From assembly GCA_048013815.1 (NCBI GenBank), contig CM106585.1, forward strand, positions 5,766,001 through 5,830,000: a stretch of 64,000 nucleotides of DNA. The letters are read 5' to 3'. The notes below the pieces were generated by a model. The model saw nothing but the letters and a program-made list of their open reading frames with translations, searched no databases and was not told the DNA's origin. The position numbers and the translations under genes were made by a program. Origin of the DNA: Setoptus koraiensis (Eukaryota > Animalia > Arthropoda). Below are positions 1-12,100 of this stretch, one piece after another. Each line of letters begins with the position of its first letter. Position 1 is the first letter of the stretch.

Positions 1-3
1 AGC

Positions 4-1680
4 ATGGATAACGAAGTTTACGCGTTGCGTTCCCTCGATATCAGGAGGAATACCATTGTTGATGATTTTGAACCCGAGGCTGGGGATTTAGGCGATACAA
101 CATTTTTTATCGAGGCATGTCGGCAATTGGACAGCCTAGCATTGACGTTGAAAGGCGAGGAATCGGTGCCTGAATTGATACGTACTCTTTCCAATATCCG
201 ATTGAGAACTCTTGTTCTTGATCAATATTACGGCTCGTTGGCAGGTATTAACGTACCAACAATAATAAGCGGCGAACAAGCTGAATCACATTATGAAAAG
301 AGCACTAACCGTGCGAAAAAACCTGCAAAGATTTCCTGTCACAAAGAGATACGTGATTTGGAGGATACCGTATCGTCAATATACAATAACTACTGGCTAC
401 TAGAGTGCCAACAAAAAATATCCATTATACGATGGAAGCGAGAATCTCGAAAAGGTAAACATTTTCTATTTGCGAAGATAGATCGCCAAACTCTAGATGA
501 ATCATTTGCAAGGAAAATTCATCATTCCAACAAGTTGAGAATGGTTGAATACGATAGAGCAGGTGGTAGACTGTTGTGGTCAGCCGAAGCTGTACCTATG
601 CCTCATTTCATCAATTGCAGGCGATTTTTATATTTCAAAATCAATAGGGATAACAAACAAGAATTTAAACGCGGCCGACCGAAATCAGGCAAATATTTGT
701 TGATCAACAAGAGTCTCAAGAAATTCTATCAGGAATCAATTGAGAGACTGAAACGAAATTTAAGACGAATCGAGGACGATGCATTCTTGCGTGAAATTAT
801 CCAGAAAAGTGGTCAAGAGGGACAAGTCCTATGTAACTTGCAATCTAATAACGCGCTGAGATTGGAGGAAGGTAGTTTCGGCAGTCGGTTACCGGATGAC
901 ATCAAATCGTCAATAAGACGAAGAATTTCGCTCATGGTCACTCCACCTGAGGAAGAGTTTGACCGGAGGAAGTCTATCGTGTTTTTAGCAAATTTTTTAT
1001 TTCGGACTATAGCAGATTTCAATTTGATGCTTCCTAGTTCAAAAGTATTAATATGTGCTGGTAGCGCTAAAACACTCGAGGCAATCGCAGAGAAAATCCA
1101 CGAAGTGAGAGCGTCGAATGAGTGTAGAATTAATGTGAAAATATTCAGCTCCAACTCCCGTCCTCAACGACCATCTTCTTCCTATGTTAATGATCTCATT
1201 GATGAACATATTGCTGACGATGATGCTATTGTTGATGATGATGATATTTACGAGGACGTCAATGTCGAAAATTCCAGAATCGATACCAGAGACCTGAAAG
1301 TTGATTCGGGACTGGGCATGCTGGCTGCAAGACAGATCTTGGATAACTTGGATAATTCTGATTGGTGTGATGTGATTTTATGCACTTTTCAAGATGCACT
1401 CAAGTTGTCGGCGTGGACTGGGTTGTTAATTGATACTCTGATACTTTACGAATGTAACGAGTTCAGTATGAAAGAGCTACATCTCTTACTCCATTTCCTA
1501 CCCAGACGAACAGTATTGATGTCCATCAGTCCCTGGATCAAGAGTGACCCCGTATTTCGGAAATTCCAGAAAATGGGCTTCACAAGAGACTTCAACTGGT
1601 TGAGACCCCCAGATTTCTATCGATCCGACAATAGGTGCTTCGCGCGGAAATCAGCATCCGTGTATCCGCCACCAAGATGA
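4..1680 (+). CDS. Degenerate UPF1-like (DNA2/NAM7, SF1B) helicase paralogue, predicted catalytically dead, lacking RecA2; may be 5'-truncated by the window edge
   Basis: 558-aa ORF with UPF1-like motifs in the right order: VLICAGSAKTLEAIAEKIHEV (UPF1 [21 protein letters not shown]), DVILCT (DVICCT), TLILYECNE (SILIDESTQ), FYRS (QYRM). The Walker A position reads SLMVTPPEEEFD instead of SLIQGPPGTGKT. Alignment from memory. Confidence 0.65.
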   Translation: MDNEVYALRSLDIRRNTIVDDFEPEAGDLGDTTFFIEACRQLDSLALTLKGEESVPELIRTLSNIRLRTLVLDQYYGSLAGINVPTIISGEQAESHYEKSTNRAKKPAKISCHKEIRDLEDTVSSIYNNYWLLECQQKISIIRWKRESRKGKHFLFAKIDRQTLDESFARKIHHSNKLRMVEYDRAGGRLLWSAEAVPMPHFINCRRFLYFKINRDNKQEFKRGRPKSGKYLLINKSLKKFYQESIERLKRNLRRIEDDAFLREIIQKSGQEGQVLCNLQSNNALRLEEGSFGSRLPDDIKSSIRRRISLMVTPPEEEFDRRKSIVFLANFLFRTIADFNLMLPSSKVLICAGSAKTLEAIAEKIHEVRASNECRINVKIFSSNSRPQRPSSSYVNDLIDEHIADDDAIVDDDDIYEDVNVENSRIDTRDLKVDSGLGMLAARQILDNLDNSDWCDVILCTFQDALKLSAWTGLLIDTLILYECNEFSMKELHLLLHFLPRRTVLMSISPWIKSDPVFRKFQKMGFTRDFNWLRPPDFYRSDNRCFARKSASVYPPPR

Positions 1681-2539
1681 TGTGAATAGGTGATGTATTG
1701 TTGTCCATCGGTCCGTGGATTTCGAAGATTCCAGAGAATGGGCTTCCAGCTAGTCGGTTGAGAGCCCCAGCTTTCCGTAGAGCCGGCATGCCAGTTGCGC
1801 GGACCCACTGCCTAAGATGGTGTAAATAGCGAAGGGATATGAATATAGGGATATGAATAGCTCGGGATGGATGAATGGCCAGGGGCTTCGTTTGATCCGC
1901 ACTCACCTGAAGCTGGCTGCCACAGGTGAAATTGATTGGCTTTTCCTCTAATCGCTCGCCAATTACTGGTTTGCACAAAGTGCTGTTTTGCGCCACTGTG
2001 CGCACTTATTTATTGTTGTAAAGTATTATAATTTATAAACAACAAGCAGAGAGCGGCACAACTGTGGTGTGACTTTGCGAATGTGCGTATCGTGAATTCC
2101 TAGCATGGCTATGAGTCATAGCTCGAGCGTTGTCATATGTTTTTCATGTGATTTTATTAACTACACAGACAATAAACAAATACGCATCTCATAATCACTT
2201 TTCGTGCCGTAATGATACACTAGCGTCCATATTAACCGTCCGTGTCATATTAGCTCGACTGTTGAGTGTTGGATCACTAATTATGTGCCAAATGTTTTCG
2301 GTTATGTGACCTCAGTACGACTAGCGAGATAGCAACAATATGGACTGCGTTATTTAGAAACAACTTGTTCACGCTCAAAGCAACGCATTTTCATTTAAAC
2401 CTGCATATACATAGACCAACAATTACTGTCAGCAATCACTACTATTAGATAGACAGAACGAGCTCGTAGATGGAACACAGTTTAGATTGGAATTGAATGA
2501 AAATCACTATTGATAATCCACAATACATCCACAGCCATC

Positions 2540-3319
2540 ATGATGAACCCGAGGAATGCAATTATGCAGGCCGTAGGAAACACATTCTCTGCGGCCAACA
2601 AGGTAGCCCCGTTTCTGTCCATGGCCTATGCCGGCTATCAGTTCTACAACGTTGTCCAGCCACTAGTGTCCACTTATTTCAATAGACAAAGCCCACATCA
2701 GGACGGCGACGACGACGACGACGACGAAATACATGAACTGGTTGTTTCGCCAAGGACAAGACCGCGCAGAAACGTACCCAATCGATGCCCTGGTGATCAG
2801 CAACAGCCGACAGCGACATCCAATCGAGATGACGACCGAGAAGTGGAGCTCATCAACGAAATAGGAGCGAGTGAGCGATACACTGTCGCCAATGACACAA
2901 CGGCAAGTGATGTCGAGATTATAGATGAAATACCCGGCACAAGAGAGATCGATGCCATTGTTCAGGAACGCCTAAGAGAAGATTCGGAGCCCCAGCCGGG
3001 TCCGTCGCGACTCGGTTACACAACGCCCGCCAGGCGAATAGTGTTCGTTGATGATATGGACGAGAGCGAACAAACTGAATTGACACACACTAATTTACCT
3101 GATGATAATTCACTGAGCTCGCACACCGGCGAGGGCGGCCTAGATCTGGACTCAGAATTGTTGTGTCAGATATGCGGAAGGTTTTTGCATCATGCCGAGA
3201 AAGAGATCGCAGCACTACCCTTCTGCGATCACTTGTTTCACGAGAAGTGCATCGAGGGCGTGATGGCGTTCAACCAGAGATGCCCCAAATGTGCCTCAAG
3301 CATCTTCTGTCCCATTTGA
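2540..3319 (+). CDS. RING-H2 E3 ubiquitin ligase with N-terminal SIM-like motifs (RNF4/STUbL-like architecture)
   Basis: First ATG at 2540 (the ORF track starts at TTG 2510). C-terminal C-x2-C...C-x-H-x2-H-x2-C...C-x2-C (CQIC...CDHLFHEKC...CPKC). Acid-flanked hydrophobic motifs EVELINEI, DVEIIDEI, RIVFVDD. Intronless. Confidence 0.8.
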   Translation: MMNPRNAIMQAVGNTFSAANKVAPFLSMAYAGYQFYNVVQPLVSTYFNRQSPHQDGDDDDDDEIHELVVSPRTRPRRNVPNRCPGDQQQPTATSNRDDDREVELINEIGASERYTVANDTTASDVEIIDEIPGTREIDAIVQERLREDSEPQPGPSRLGYTTPARRIVFVDDMDESEQTELTHTNLPDDNSLSSHTGEGGLDLDSELLCQICGRFLHHAEKEIAALPFCDHLFHEKCIEGVMAFNQRCPKCASSIFCPI

Positions 3320-5196
3320 TTCGGTTTGATTCCATCGGGTGCTGGCTGGACTAACCCTCTCAAGCAATAAACACATCAGTCTCTGAATAGTATAAAAGCG
3401 AAAGATTTTTCTATCTTCATCCATGTATGTATATAAGTATCTATGTACAAATTCGTGGCACTTGAGGCCTTCTACCGAGTTATTCCACACAAATAAACAC
3501 TGCAACCGGTACCAATCAATTGTAATTGATCATCATCCATGTGCCGCGGTCTCAACCTGTTAGCTGTGTCTGGTTCTGACTGTTTGGGTTGGCTCGCATG
3601 ATACAAATAGTATAATGTTATATGAATGATGAATGAGCTCTTGTTTGGTCAGACAGCTTTCATCTTAAAGGTAAGTTACAGGTATGCAAACCGCAATCCA
3701 GTTGTGCAATCAATCACGCCATAACTGACCTCTGTAGATAACAACAATTCAATTGTCACGACGATGTCGGTAACTGTAGGACGCTAAAAAGATTTGTCTC
3801 AACAGCTAGTTACAAGTATAAAATGATATAACATGACAATTTTTATATAATTCTGCATATATAGTTTTATAATTTTATGAACTCTCATATAGACAAAGTA
3901 GATAACAATGATTAATACATGTATATTTTTTTTCTGCAAAATAAGCATAAGGTGTGCTTGAGTAAAACGTTTACTTCGCATTAACATAGGTCTAGAAGCT
4001 GGTAGATATGTGTGCATCGTGTTCTGAGAATCAGAGAACCAGTTTAAGCGTCAACTCTATAAAGAGAGGGCTAGAATATTTTCATCTTTGTTGGTGAACG
4101 AGATGATAAAAAAAGTGATATGCTGCTCTGGCTACATTTGATGATATCACACGGTTTACTTCCGAATTAGCATATACCAGTATATCCTGTGTGTTGTAGT
4201 TGAACCAACTCTTTTTCGCTCCGTTCTTAAATCCGTGTGGTGCTGATTTTTCACGAGTTGGGCAAAGGAAGATTTTTTAAGCAGGGACAGAACTTGATAT
4301 TTTACAGTCTTGTATAATCTCGAAAGAATTTGGAAAATATTTTCTTAGGATACCATGGAGGACCGTTGTAGTTCGAATGCGTTTATATGCCTGACTGGAC
4401 CATTGATGGCTCAAATCGTAATCCGCAATTTGTTCTTGACCTTACTGGTGTGACTAGAAACCACTTGATTGAGCCTATGAATTTGATTGAACTTGACATG
4501 TGACAAAATCATCTCAAACGGTCATAGGTAATTTTACTAAGTTCAACTATTGATCACATGATTAGTTTTTTTTTGATTGGTCTTCGAGATGTCATAGTGC
4601 TTAAACAACGAAATTGATGATGTATAGATAGACTTCTTATTTTAAGGTTATTGTAGATATCACTCCACAAGACAGTGAATCATTGACGAGTTATTTCTTC
4701 GAGTTCAAGATTCCTGCTAACGCCACTGATTGACCAATCATATAGGCCTGGTCAAATGGTAGAATCTCTACTGATTCGAAGACATTATTGCTTTATGAGG
4801 TGCATGGAAAATTGAATCACAGCAATATTGTAAGTTGTAGCTTATGTAAACTTGCATGTAGACAACCCATAAATATCAGAACCATGCCAAAACAGTAAGT
4901 CCTCCAATCAATACACTTTCGTCTTTCGATCAACTCAAGGATAATCTTGGTCTGATACATCGAATGATTACATTTGGCTTCAGATCGATGACTGATCTAC
5001 AGCTACTGATGTTGATGGCACGTAGGATTTTCACGGGTGAACTGTCATTTGGTTGGAGGTTACACGCAGCTTCATGCTCTGTTCGCTCAGCAGCCGTAGT
5101 TTCGAAAAATACTCATGCCTGTTACTCATGTGTTCGTTATTTATATTATTAACATATCTCAAAATTGATTGGTTCTTTAATTGTAACCATATAATA

Positions 5197-7157
5197 TCAG
5201 CTTTCGTTATTGTTGGCAGCATTGACAACGCTCGTTGTTGCTTTATCTTTATCTTGACGCCTATTGTTAGGTGTTGAGCATGTATTTGATGACGGAGGCA
5301 TCTGATGCGTAGTTGCTGTAGTGGTTGTTGTGGTTGTATTTGATGATGATGATGATGGTTTGGTTGTAGATGTCGTATCACCTCGTCTGGGCGGCATACG
5401 CTCGTTGATTTTATCAAGACCCTTCGCCTCTTCGAAGCTAGAAATCTTATGATGAGGAGAGAAACCTGCTAATGCGTTTCGCAATGTTGCCTTACCACCA
5501 GAAAGGGCACCTAAGGGTAATGTACCGGTGGGGGTTAGACCTTTCAATTGTAACACTGATTCACTTTCCTCTCTTAAAACGGCAAATACGCGAGCCATCT
5601 TACCGATAGCCCTTATCTTATTCTTGATGACTTCTTTGCGAGCAGCAGCAGCATCTTCATCCTCGGGATTCTCTTCACCATCGCCTAATTCATCGTCGGA
5701 GCAGATATTCAATACGTTCACTAACATCTCGGTAACCTTTTCACCAACAAATGGTAAACTCCAGGTGAATACATCCATAAAATTAGGCAACCAATAGGGA
5801 TGAGTGGAGTAGTTAAATTGTCTAATATTCATAACATTGTTTTCATATTTTAAGACGGCGGCCTTGTTATTGTAAACATCTAGATAATTTGGTGCACTGA
5901 ATATTGTTATCAATGATGGGAATCCAGTTGCCCGTGACTTTCTATACATCCTGTAACCAGCATCTTGCGCTTCATGAGCTCTTATGATTGATAGTAGATT
6001 ATTTTGCTGCAAAAATTCACAACAAGCGGCATAGGAGTAAAAATAAGAACATCCACGCACTGAATTGTGTGTAAAATGATCAGTATTCGATTTTTCATTG
6101 TCAAAATCCTCTAGTGGATCCGACCAAAGCAGATCGCACATTGGACCATAAGCAGGTGGCTCTTTAAAGCGGTCTAATTTTTTAATATCATCTAAGGTGT
6201 GGATCTCTGGTGATAATCCTCCATGTACGCATAAGAATTGGCCATTCATTAAAGCTGCCAAAGGTAAACAATCAAAAGCTTCCATGCAGGCATCGTAGAT
6301 TCGCTCGGAGTACTTTATTTTGCCTGTGTCGAATAGTTGATGATGTAAGTGGAGAATGAAATTAAATGGTAATGAGGTTAAAATCAACTAACGAACAGAA
6401 ATTCAAATCATGTTGGCTTGAGCTGTGTGGTCAACTTACATTCAGTTTTAAATGTGAAGTACTCTGTTAGATGCCGGCATTCGTGATTGCCTCTTAGTAG
6501 AAATAGAGTGGTTGGGTAGCAGATCTTGAGAGACCATAAATATAATACACATTCAATACTGAAATAACCCCTATCAACATAATCGCCGAGGAACAGATAC
6601 TTGGTGGTAGCAGGTGGCCCTCCGACCTCGAACAATTTGATTAAATCATAAAATTGACCGTGGATATCTCCGCAAACTTGATTTGGTTTGTTTGATGGTG
6701 AATTGAGAGATAATTGAAAGCGAGAGAACAATAGAAAATATGTGAGTATGTGAGTATATATGTATAGTATTAAAACATTGAATAGTATATTAAAGCGGTC
6801 ATGAATGACTTGTGGCCTACCTGTCACTGGAGCTTCGATATCAATCATGGTTTTTTCTTGCCTAAGTAGCGCAGCGCCTTCATTTATAATACGCAAGGCT
6901 ACAGTTTCATCTAGACGCCCTTCGAGGCTGAAGTGTTCCTTTAGAACACTTGCTTTTGGTTTTTTTCCATCGAAGACATCGCTCATATTAAGTCGCCGAG
7001 ATGGAGGGAACGGTACAGCTTTGACAACTCTTTCAGTGGTAGAAGGAGTTGGGGTACCGGTGGTGGTAGTAGAAGTTGTTGTTGCCGTTGAAGTTGTATT
7101 AGGTGCATTGGCGGTGGTGGCTGCTGTTGTGGCCATTGTTGATGTATCAGCAGACAT
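5197..7157 (-). CDS. CanA: Calcineurin A (Ser/Thr protein phosphatase 2B catalytic subunit), 3 exons
   Basis: Exons 7157-6821, 6676-6440, 6323-5197 (1701 nt, 567 codons) with GT-AG introns of 144 and 116 bp. PPP motifs GDIHG, GDYVDRG, RGNHE, SAPNY; CnB-binding [19 protein letters not shown]; CaM-binding [18 protein letters not shown]; autoinhibitory [16 protein letters not shown]. Confidence 0.97.
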
Positions 7158-7994
7158 ATATTAAGGGGTCTGTTATTATTAATTGATAATTTGTATTTGT
7201 GTGTTTGGGTTATTTGGATATTATTATTATATAATTCCTATTTGTAGGCGGGGGATGGGATCCGCTTTGTTAATAATATAAGCAGCGATATATTTGATGA
7301 TGATGGTGATAATAACAAATAAACAACAACACAAATGACGCTGATCGACCAACTCGACACACATATAGACAAACAACAATGTGTAATGGTTTAAGTGTTT
7401 TGTTTTTTTGAGGGAATAAAATATGTGTGACAAAAATAAATGTTATTGCTGTTGCCGTGTGTGTGTGTGTCTGTTTTTGTGTGTTGGCTTTGTTCTGTTG
7501 TAATGGTAAATAGTTTGCTACTGTTGTTGCTATTTCCGACTAATCAATGGTTACCTCCACCACTGTGTATTTGTGTGTGTGTGTGTGTGTGTGTATAATT
7601 AATAATTAAAGGCTTCTTGTTGTTGTTTGACAAATTTATTATTAAGATATCTCAATAATTGACTCGAATTTAGCTTCGTTTTACTATTACTGTATAGTAA
7701 TAATAATAATATTACTATTATTGCTATCTAGATCATTGAGCTGATGATATAATAATTATTGATATATGTTATTGTCAGAGTTGCTGTGGGCTGATTGATT
7801 TTGTTATTATTGTTAACTGTCTATATATATTACTATATATGTTATAGTTATGCTACATATATTTTGATTGTGTATATGTCTGATGATGGTGATGATTTAA
7901 ATTTAAATCAAGAAGCAGCGTTTCATTCTATTCTATTTTGATATATCTAGGTTTCATTTTGTTCTTTAGCTCGTTTTCCTCATTTGTTCATTTG

Positions 7995-8090
7995 TTCGTT
8001 CGTTAATTCGTTCGTTCGTTCGTTCGTTCATTCGTTCGTTCGTTCGTTCGTTCGCTCATTCGTTCGTTCGTTCGTTCGTTCGCTCATTCG
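7995..8090. repeat. (TTCG)n tetranucleotide microsatellite, imperfect
   Basis: Run of ttcg units with a few ttca/ctca interruptions. Confidence 0.95.
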
Positions 8091-8949
8091 TCCATTCGCT
8101 CATCATTGGTTCGTGGTGCTTGTGATGTTTGTGTGTGTGTGTGTGTGTGTGTGTGCTTATGTAAACTGCATCGGCCCTCACCGAGTGCATGTGTGAATCT
8201 ATAATTAACACACACACACATTGGTGCAGCCAGCCAGCTAGTGTGTGTGTGTGTGTGTGTGTGTAAGCGTTACACAGCAGTTGATTCGATCCTCAAACAG
8301 CCAGCCAGGCTAACAAGCGAAAGTTCGATGCTAGACAACAACGACGTCGTCAGCGAGCTTCTATAGCTTTGAACAGTGACTTTGTGAACAACGACGATGT
8401 TGTGTGTGCTGGCGATGTTGAATTGGGCTATAACACAGCCAGAAGTAGTCGTATCATCCATATCGTCGGTTCATCATCGCTACTTTCACTGGCTGCCTAT
8501 CCGTCCGTCCGTCCGTTTGCCTGTTTCGTTCCATACAAAAATGAACGAGTGTGTATTTGTGTGCGTGTGCTTGTGTGCCTGCTAGGCAAGCCATTTCTGT
8601 CTAGCCAAGTGTGTGCATGTGTGCGTGCGTGTGTGTAGCCAGCTAAAACGGCTAGCTAGCTGTGGGAGGCTGTGGGTACAGTTGCAGCATTCAAACTTGC
8701 ACATACTAATTTGCAAAGGGCAGGCGAACTAGCGCAGCAGCCATACAAACTTTGGATGCTATGCCATGGCAGCTATAGCACACACACACACTCACACACA
8801 TTGTGTGCGCGCCCGTTCGCTCATTCACTTTTATTGCCTAGCTCGACGACGTCGCCGTACAGTTTTTGGTGCGAGCTTTCAATTTCGTCCCCCTCGCTCG
8901 ACGCAGTGTGTGTGCGTGTATGAATTCGCTAACACATGCAGCATAGGTA

Positions 8950-8993
<44 letters not shown>

Positions 8994-9084
8994 CTAGTTT
9001 CCTCTTCGCGTCTCGTTGTCATTGTCATGGCAGTAAATTGGTGCTGTTCACATACGCACACAAACACCCCCTCACACGCACACA

Positions 9085-9178
9085 AGCACACTCACACACA
9101 CACGCACACACACACGCACACACACACACGCACACACACACGCACACACACACGCACACACACACACACACGCACACA
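9085..9178. repeat. Compound (CA)n/(CACG) microsatellite; one of dozens of CA/GT tracts between 7.4 and 18 kb
   Basis: cacacacgcacacacacacg... seen directly. Confidence 0.95.
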
Positions 9179-12100
9179 AGCGCCCCATAGCGCTAGAGAT
9201 AGCGAGAGATAGACTTTGGCTGGCTGGCTGGCTGGCATAGATGCCATTTGGCCGGGGAAAGTGCATGGAAGAGCGCTATGGGTGCTCGATGCCACAGAGT
9301 CTACGGTGCACCTTGCAAAATGGAGTACGTATGCTGCCACTAAACAACTGCTAGCGGTGCAACGCGATCATGCACGCTCAGCTACCTGCACATGGCCAGT
9401 TGGCTTGCTGTCTGCGCATCTTGTGTGCATGCGCCACTCGGTCTGGCCGCCGCCGCCGCGATCTACATTGCACAATCTGCAGACTGGAGCGCGTCTGGAG
9501 TACGTAGCAGCGGCGCTGCAACAACAACAACGACGCCAACAACGACAGCAACAACGACAGCACCAGCGACAGCAGCGGCAACTTTGACAATGGTACATGC
9601 TCACCGTGAGCAGTTGTAAACTGTAAACGTTGCCCGGCTGGCTAGCTCATTGCTTTAAATTGCCCCCATTTTGTGTGATTAGTTGCGGACTGGTGTTAGC
9701 CGGAGCACCCGTTTATTCATTTTGTGTGAGTGAGTGTGTGTGTGTGCGTGTGTGTGTGTTTGGGCGGCACAGCGGTTGTACGGGGCGAATGGGCCTCTTG
9801 AGCCAATGAGTGTTTGAGTGTGTGTGTGTGTGTGTGTGTGTGTGTAACAAGCCATAACCGCCAAGCTGCACAGTGTGCGCGCCCCTGCAGAAGCGGCACA
9901 GAAATGTATACTATGCGTTGGTGAGTGTACATTAACATGTAACATTTGCGTGTCGCACACTTACGTCGCATCGTCGAGACCCCGCTCACTCGCTTTTATT
10001 GATGCTCGCTGCAGTACCGATTATCTGTTTACACTCACACACACACACACACACTCTGTGTGTGTGTTGCAGCGCTGGTGTCGCAAGTATACGCACACGG
10101 ATAATGTACGGCGGTGCGTATGGCGTTGGAACGTTGCGCAAGATAGCAGCAGATATGCAAGAATTTCTCTGGCTTTTTCTGTCTCGCTTTTCCTCGTCGG
10201 CGCCGCCGACGCCACCAATTGACTGGCTCATTGTTGTGGCTGCCCTTGCATAAATGGTGCGCCTGTCGGGGCGGCGCGGGCGCGCTCGCCAGCGCACCAT
10301 TGGGCGCAATCGCACTCAAATGGCCAGTGCACTCTAAAAAATGATACTGAACAACAATCGCGCCGATGGCATTGTCCGACCCGCACACGACGCACGACGA
10401 GCGCGTGTTTATCGGCCGCTTGCCGAGCGCTCGCCGGGCCGGCGCTCGCCGACGGCCCGCAGGAGGCTGGCTGCAGGCTGGCGAGACGGGCCAGCGGGAA
10501 AAGGCGAGCGGCACTAAATTCACACGCGCCGTGTCCAGATTATAGTTAGTGAGATGTCACGGTGTGATGTCGCCCTGGCCGCTCGGCCTTCGGGCCGTGA
10601 GTCGTGGGCCGTGAGTCGTGGGCCGTGGGCTGCTGGCTGTTGGGCGCTGGGCTGTTGGGCGCTGGGCTGTGGGCCGTGCGGCCGGTCGATAATGCGCGAC
10701 AGCACGTAACGCCGAGTATCGCCCATCGGCGGGCTGTTTGTGTATGTGGGCACGTCTTGGCGGGCCGCGCCACGGCTGGCGACCATTAAAATCCGGGCCG
10801 GGCCATAAAACGGCTGCTCAGCGAGACGCTGGCCGATTGTTTGTCAAAACAGCGCCTACCCGGGGTGACAGGGCGCACACGTTTGTGAGCAGTCGAGGGG
10901 CGCCAGACAATGCGAGGACCGATTGCGAGCCGCCTCATGAGGCTTGCGATGCGCTCATTGTGACACGGGCAATTGTCAGATTGACAATTGCCGCACACAC
11001 ACACACACACTCATTTTCGGCCCTGTCACCATCGCCATGCCCCATTGACAATTGCGAGCTTATCGGCGCTCGCTACAGCGGCTGCACAACAACACCGCGG
11101 CCGCATACGCGGGCGCATGCTCGCCGGCGCCAATGCGACAAATGATGAGCATTATCATAATATTATGTAAGCTATTATGCGACCCTGGCGGCGGCGGCGG
11201 CGGCGGAGGGGCCAGTTAGGCGATATTAGCGAGCGAGCGAACATCATTAATTGAAGAAGCAAAACACACGGCCCCTCTCACATCGGCGCGCCAGACAGCT
11301 ATCCGGTGACTTACTTTGTTAATGCGCCGTGCATGCGCCCACGCCGCATTATGCCCACCCCGGGCGCATAATGCACACACACACACACACACACCGTACA
11401 TTGTCGGCGCGCTGCATATTGTACACTGTACAGTGTTGCGGGCACGCTATTTTGGCGCCAGTATGTTATTACGGGGCACGGGGCCCCGCGCCGTTTTATC
11501 GGGCCAGCGGTGATCGACGTGCAGCGATGCCAATCATCAGCGCCGACAAAGTGAGTCGCGCCCGCCCGCCAGTCTTGGGACAAGTGCGCACCGCGGCGCC
11601 CGTACCTGTGCGCGTGCCGCGCGCCAGTTTATTTAGCCCGCTATGCCATGCCACGGCACCGAACTATGGCACTGATACTATGGCGACTGGGGCCGCCATA
11701 GTGTGGCGACGATGGCCGCCATAGTATGGCGCAGTGACTATAGCGAGGCGGCCACACTATGCTGCCAGCATACTGGCGACTGTGCACGGTGCGGCGCCCG
11801 CGGTGGGCCGGCGCGGCGCTCGGCCACTTGTCCCGCGCGCGAGCCGGCCGCGTGCACCAGCTCGCCCCGACGCTGCCCTTGCGCCGATGCCAGCGTTGCG
11901 CTTCCGTTGTGCCGATGCCAGCGTTGCGCTGGCGGCCCGCCGGCCAGCCGGCCAGCCAGTGGCGAGATGCGGCCGCCGTCATTAATATAATTGTTGTGTG
12001 TAAATTCGGTCATTATTTTGCGGCCAGCCAAGTGGGCCGGGCGCCCCTTTGCGAGCGCACCGTCGCCGGGCGGGCGCGCACAGCGGCACACAATGATTAG

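Noticed and set aside
3800-5030. Protein-looking short frames on the - strand downstream of calcineurin (possible pseudogene)
   Set aside because: Stop density is close to what AT-rich random sequence gives, and no family was recognised. A frameshift-aware search could revisit this.
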